The notes below the pieces were generated by a model. The model saw only the letters and a program-made list of their open reading frames with translations, searched no databases and was not told where the DNA came from. DNA of 64,000 nt from Chiloscyllium plagiosum (taxonomy: Eukaryota), in the NCBI RefSeq assembly GCF_004010195.1, contig NC_057718.1, forward strand, positions 94,535,205 to 94,599,204. Reading direction: 5' to 3'. The position numbers and the translations under genes were made by a program. Below, piece by piece: positions 63,195 to 64,000 of the stretch; positions within the stretch are counted from its first letter, which is position 1; every line of letters starts with the position of its first letter.

Positions 63195-63978
63195 ATGGAG
63201 TTTAGATGTTCTTGTAACTGTACGAAGGCATTAGTGAGACCACATCTGGAGTATTGCGTGCATTTTGGTCTCCTTGCTTGTGGAAGGATTTAACCATATT
63301 GGAGGCAGTTCACAGAAGGTTCACGATGGATTTCAGATTTGAAAGAGCTTTTCCTATGAGAAGAGATGAAGCAGCTTAGGCCATTATTTACCACAGTTTA
63401 TAAGGATGAGAGAACCTCTAATGGAGGTACATAACATTCTAAGGGGAATTGACAAAGTAGACAGAGAGCAGATGTTTCCCCTTGTGGGGCAATCTGGAAC
63501 ACGAGAGTCATAGTTTTCAGCCAGGGAGCGGCAGACTTGAAACAGAGATGAGAAAGAATGAGTTCTCTCAAAGTGTCATGATTCTGTGGAATCCACTGTG
63601 AACACCAGGACATTGAATAAATTTAAGCAGAAGATAGGCAGAGTTCTAATTAGTAATGGGTTAAAGGACGGGAAAGTGGAGTTGAGGCTGAGATAGGACA
63701 TAGAACATAGAACATTACAGTGCAGTACAGGCCCTTCGGCCCTCGATGTTGCGCCGACCTGCAGGACCAATCTAACCTATGCTATTCCATTCTCATCCAC
63801 ATGTCTATCCAATGACCATTTAATTGCCCTTGAAGTTGGCAAGTATATTACTGTTGTAGGCAGTGCGTTTCATGCCCCTACTACTCTCTGAGATGAGATC
63901 AGTTATGATCATATTAAATGGTGGAATAGGGTCGAGGGGCTGAATTGCCTACTTTGCTCCTAGTTCTTCTATTCTTAT
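63195..63978 (+). mobile_element. Old CR1 3' fragment with a nested minus-strand CR1 tail (about 63698-63890)
   Basis: [20 protein letters not shown]..; (CATAGAA)n at 63699. Confidence 0.85.
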
Positions 63979-64000
63979 GTTTGAAGAAGGTTTGTTGGGA

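Noticed and set aside
1..64000. CRISPR array, prophage, rRNA or prokaryotic operon
   Set aside because: No regularly spaced direct repeats, rRNA similarity or gene-dense coding; the DNA is CpG-depleted vertebrate sequence.

Overview
This is repeat-dense vertebrate genomic DNA with no host protein-coding exon that I can recognise, so it is probably intronic or intergenic. The repeat content (HE1/V-SINE, HER1-type CR1 LINEs, SacSINE1/DeuSINE-like SINEs) points to an elasmobranch; a carpet shark is my guess, not a demonstration. Nearly all longer ORFs are decayed transposon pieces: many CR1 fragments, another CR1-group (L2/Crack-like) LINE, RTE, Rex1/Babar, a Gypsy integrase and a solo LTR, PIF/Harbinger transposase remnants and Penelope-like elements (PLEs). 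There is also a decayed tRNA-Asn(GTT). The most notable signal is about five distinct PLE terminal-repeat families, each carrying a minimal type I hammerhead ribozyme: CUGAnGA, one extra nucleotide, stem II, GAAA, a 4-nt palindromic helix III and NUH. The stems differ in sequence between families but keep their pairing. These termini also occur as many 130-250 bp non-coding, head-to-head palindromic mini-elements whose fold-back centre lies at the ribozyme. Family names are assigned by eye from remembered consensus motifs, and boundaries are approximate (about 10-30 bp) unless a target-site duplication (TSD) is quoted.
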